Source: Cyanophora paradoxa CCMP329 (Eukaryota; Plantae; Glaucophyta). Taken from it: DNA of 64,000 bases. This document shows positions 63,314 through 64,000 of the stretch, piece by piece; positions within the stretch are counted from its first letter, which is position 1; each line of letters opens with the position of its first letter. Made by a program: the position numbers and the translations under genes. The stretch lies in NCBI GenBank assembly GCA_004431415.1, contig QPMI01000203.1:94641-158640 (forward strand), in the 5' to 3' direction. The notes under the pieces were generated by a model. It saw only the letters and a list, made by a program, of their open reading frames with translations, was not told the origin of the DNA and searched no databases.

Positions 63314-64000
63314 ATGTCGGCTTTCGCGCTCCTCGCTTCGTTCAGCTCGGCTCGCCTCGCGATCGGCTCCAGCTTCGTCCAGCGCCCCGCCCTTGCCGTT
63401 CGCAGCGCTCGCAGCGCCGCAGCTCCAGCTCGCCGGTGCGTACGTGCTCTCCCATGCCTCTCGCTCTCCCATGCCGCGTGCTCCCCCGTGGCCCTGCTGA
63501 CGGCAGCCTCGCAGTTCATTCTTCTTCTCCGCAGCGATGGCCGCCTCAGACAAGCTTACAGACCTCCTCCAGAAGGACCACTCCGTTCGCCAGTTTTTCG
63601 CGGAAAACAGATCGCGCGCGCCGCGATTCGTAACTCACGGCTCGCCCCCGCGCGCCCGCAGTTCATCAAGGAGGACTACAACGTGCGTTTTTCCCGCACG
63701 CTCGCCGCGCGCTCAGCGGCTGTCACGCGCTGCTTCGAACCCGGCCCTCGCTTGACTTCGCGCCGGCGCCGCTACAGCGGTGGAAGGCAAGCAAGAACGC
63801 CGAGGAGAAGATCCGCTGGGCCAACCAGTTCATTCTGGACGTGTCCCAGGTGTGGAGTGTGCCTCGGGAATTTTTAATCTGCGCTGAGCATTTTTTTCGC
63901 AGCACTCGGTTGCCGAGGAGATCGTCTACTACCCTGAGATCGAGAAGCGCCAGAAGGGCGGCTCGATCAGCAAGCAGAAGCACCTTGACGAGCACCAGGA
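63314..64000 (+). CDS. Hemerythrin/HHE cation-binding protein with an organellar presequence; runs off the window
   Basis: Spliced: MSAFALLASF...ARR|SFFFSAAMAASDKLTDLLQKDHS|FIKEDYN|RWKASKNAEEKIRWANQFILDVSQ|HSVAEEIVYYPEIEK...HLDEHQ (DH...HxxxEE...YP...EH). Confidence 0.8.

Overview
Very gene-dense, GC-rich eukaryotic nuclear DNA with about 27 intron-rich protein-coding genes. Most introns are about 50-100 nt. Most supplied ORFs are GC-rich artefacts, so I rebuilt the genes by manual splicing. Flagellar genes (CFAP20, a cytosolic carboxypeptidase), Phe-initiated organellar presequences (MAAAF, MSAF, MFAV) and an ESV1/LESV-like Trp-rich protein with no presequence point to a flagellated archaeplastid alga, most plausibly a glaucophyte such as Cyanophora (inference). 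Genes left to right: HRDC-OTU-PHD-like protein, F-box plus degenerate OTU protein, MoaC, RING/TRAF-zinc finger fused to USP7-type UBL domains, RAP-domain protein, adenylosuccinate synthetase (hosting an intronic H/ACA snoRNA), bZIP, CLASP-like, PWWP, JmjC-like/CCCH, TDP1, DBR1, acidic orphan, CFAP20, Pro-rich orphan, ABHD-type hydrolase, SCAB-like Ig-PH, a TA-flanked MITE, an SR/RRM splicing factor, a membrane orphan, an IQ protein, a small RING protein, a histidine phosphatase with a Tat-like signal, a CPBP protease, CCP/AGBL, ESV1/LESV-like, REC114/PHS1-like and a hemerythrin-like protein. The most striking signals concern gene expression: an SR gene built from 12-, 6-, 7- and apparently 1-nt exons; very frequent GC-AG introns whose GC donors need an exonic G at -1; introns with C-rich 5' and G-rich 3' halves; and a recurrent GGGTAC motif in very compact divergent promoters. 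All exon models are manual predictions without transcript data.
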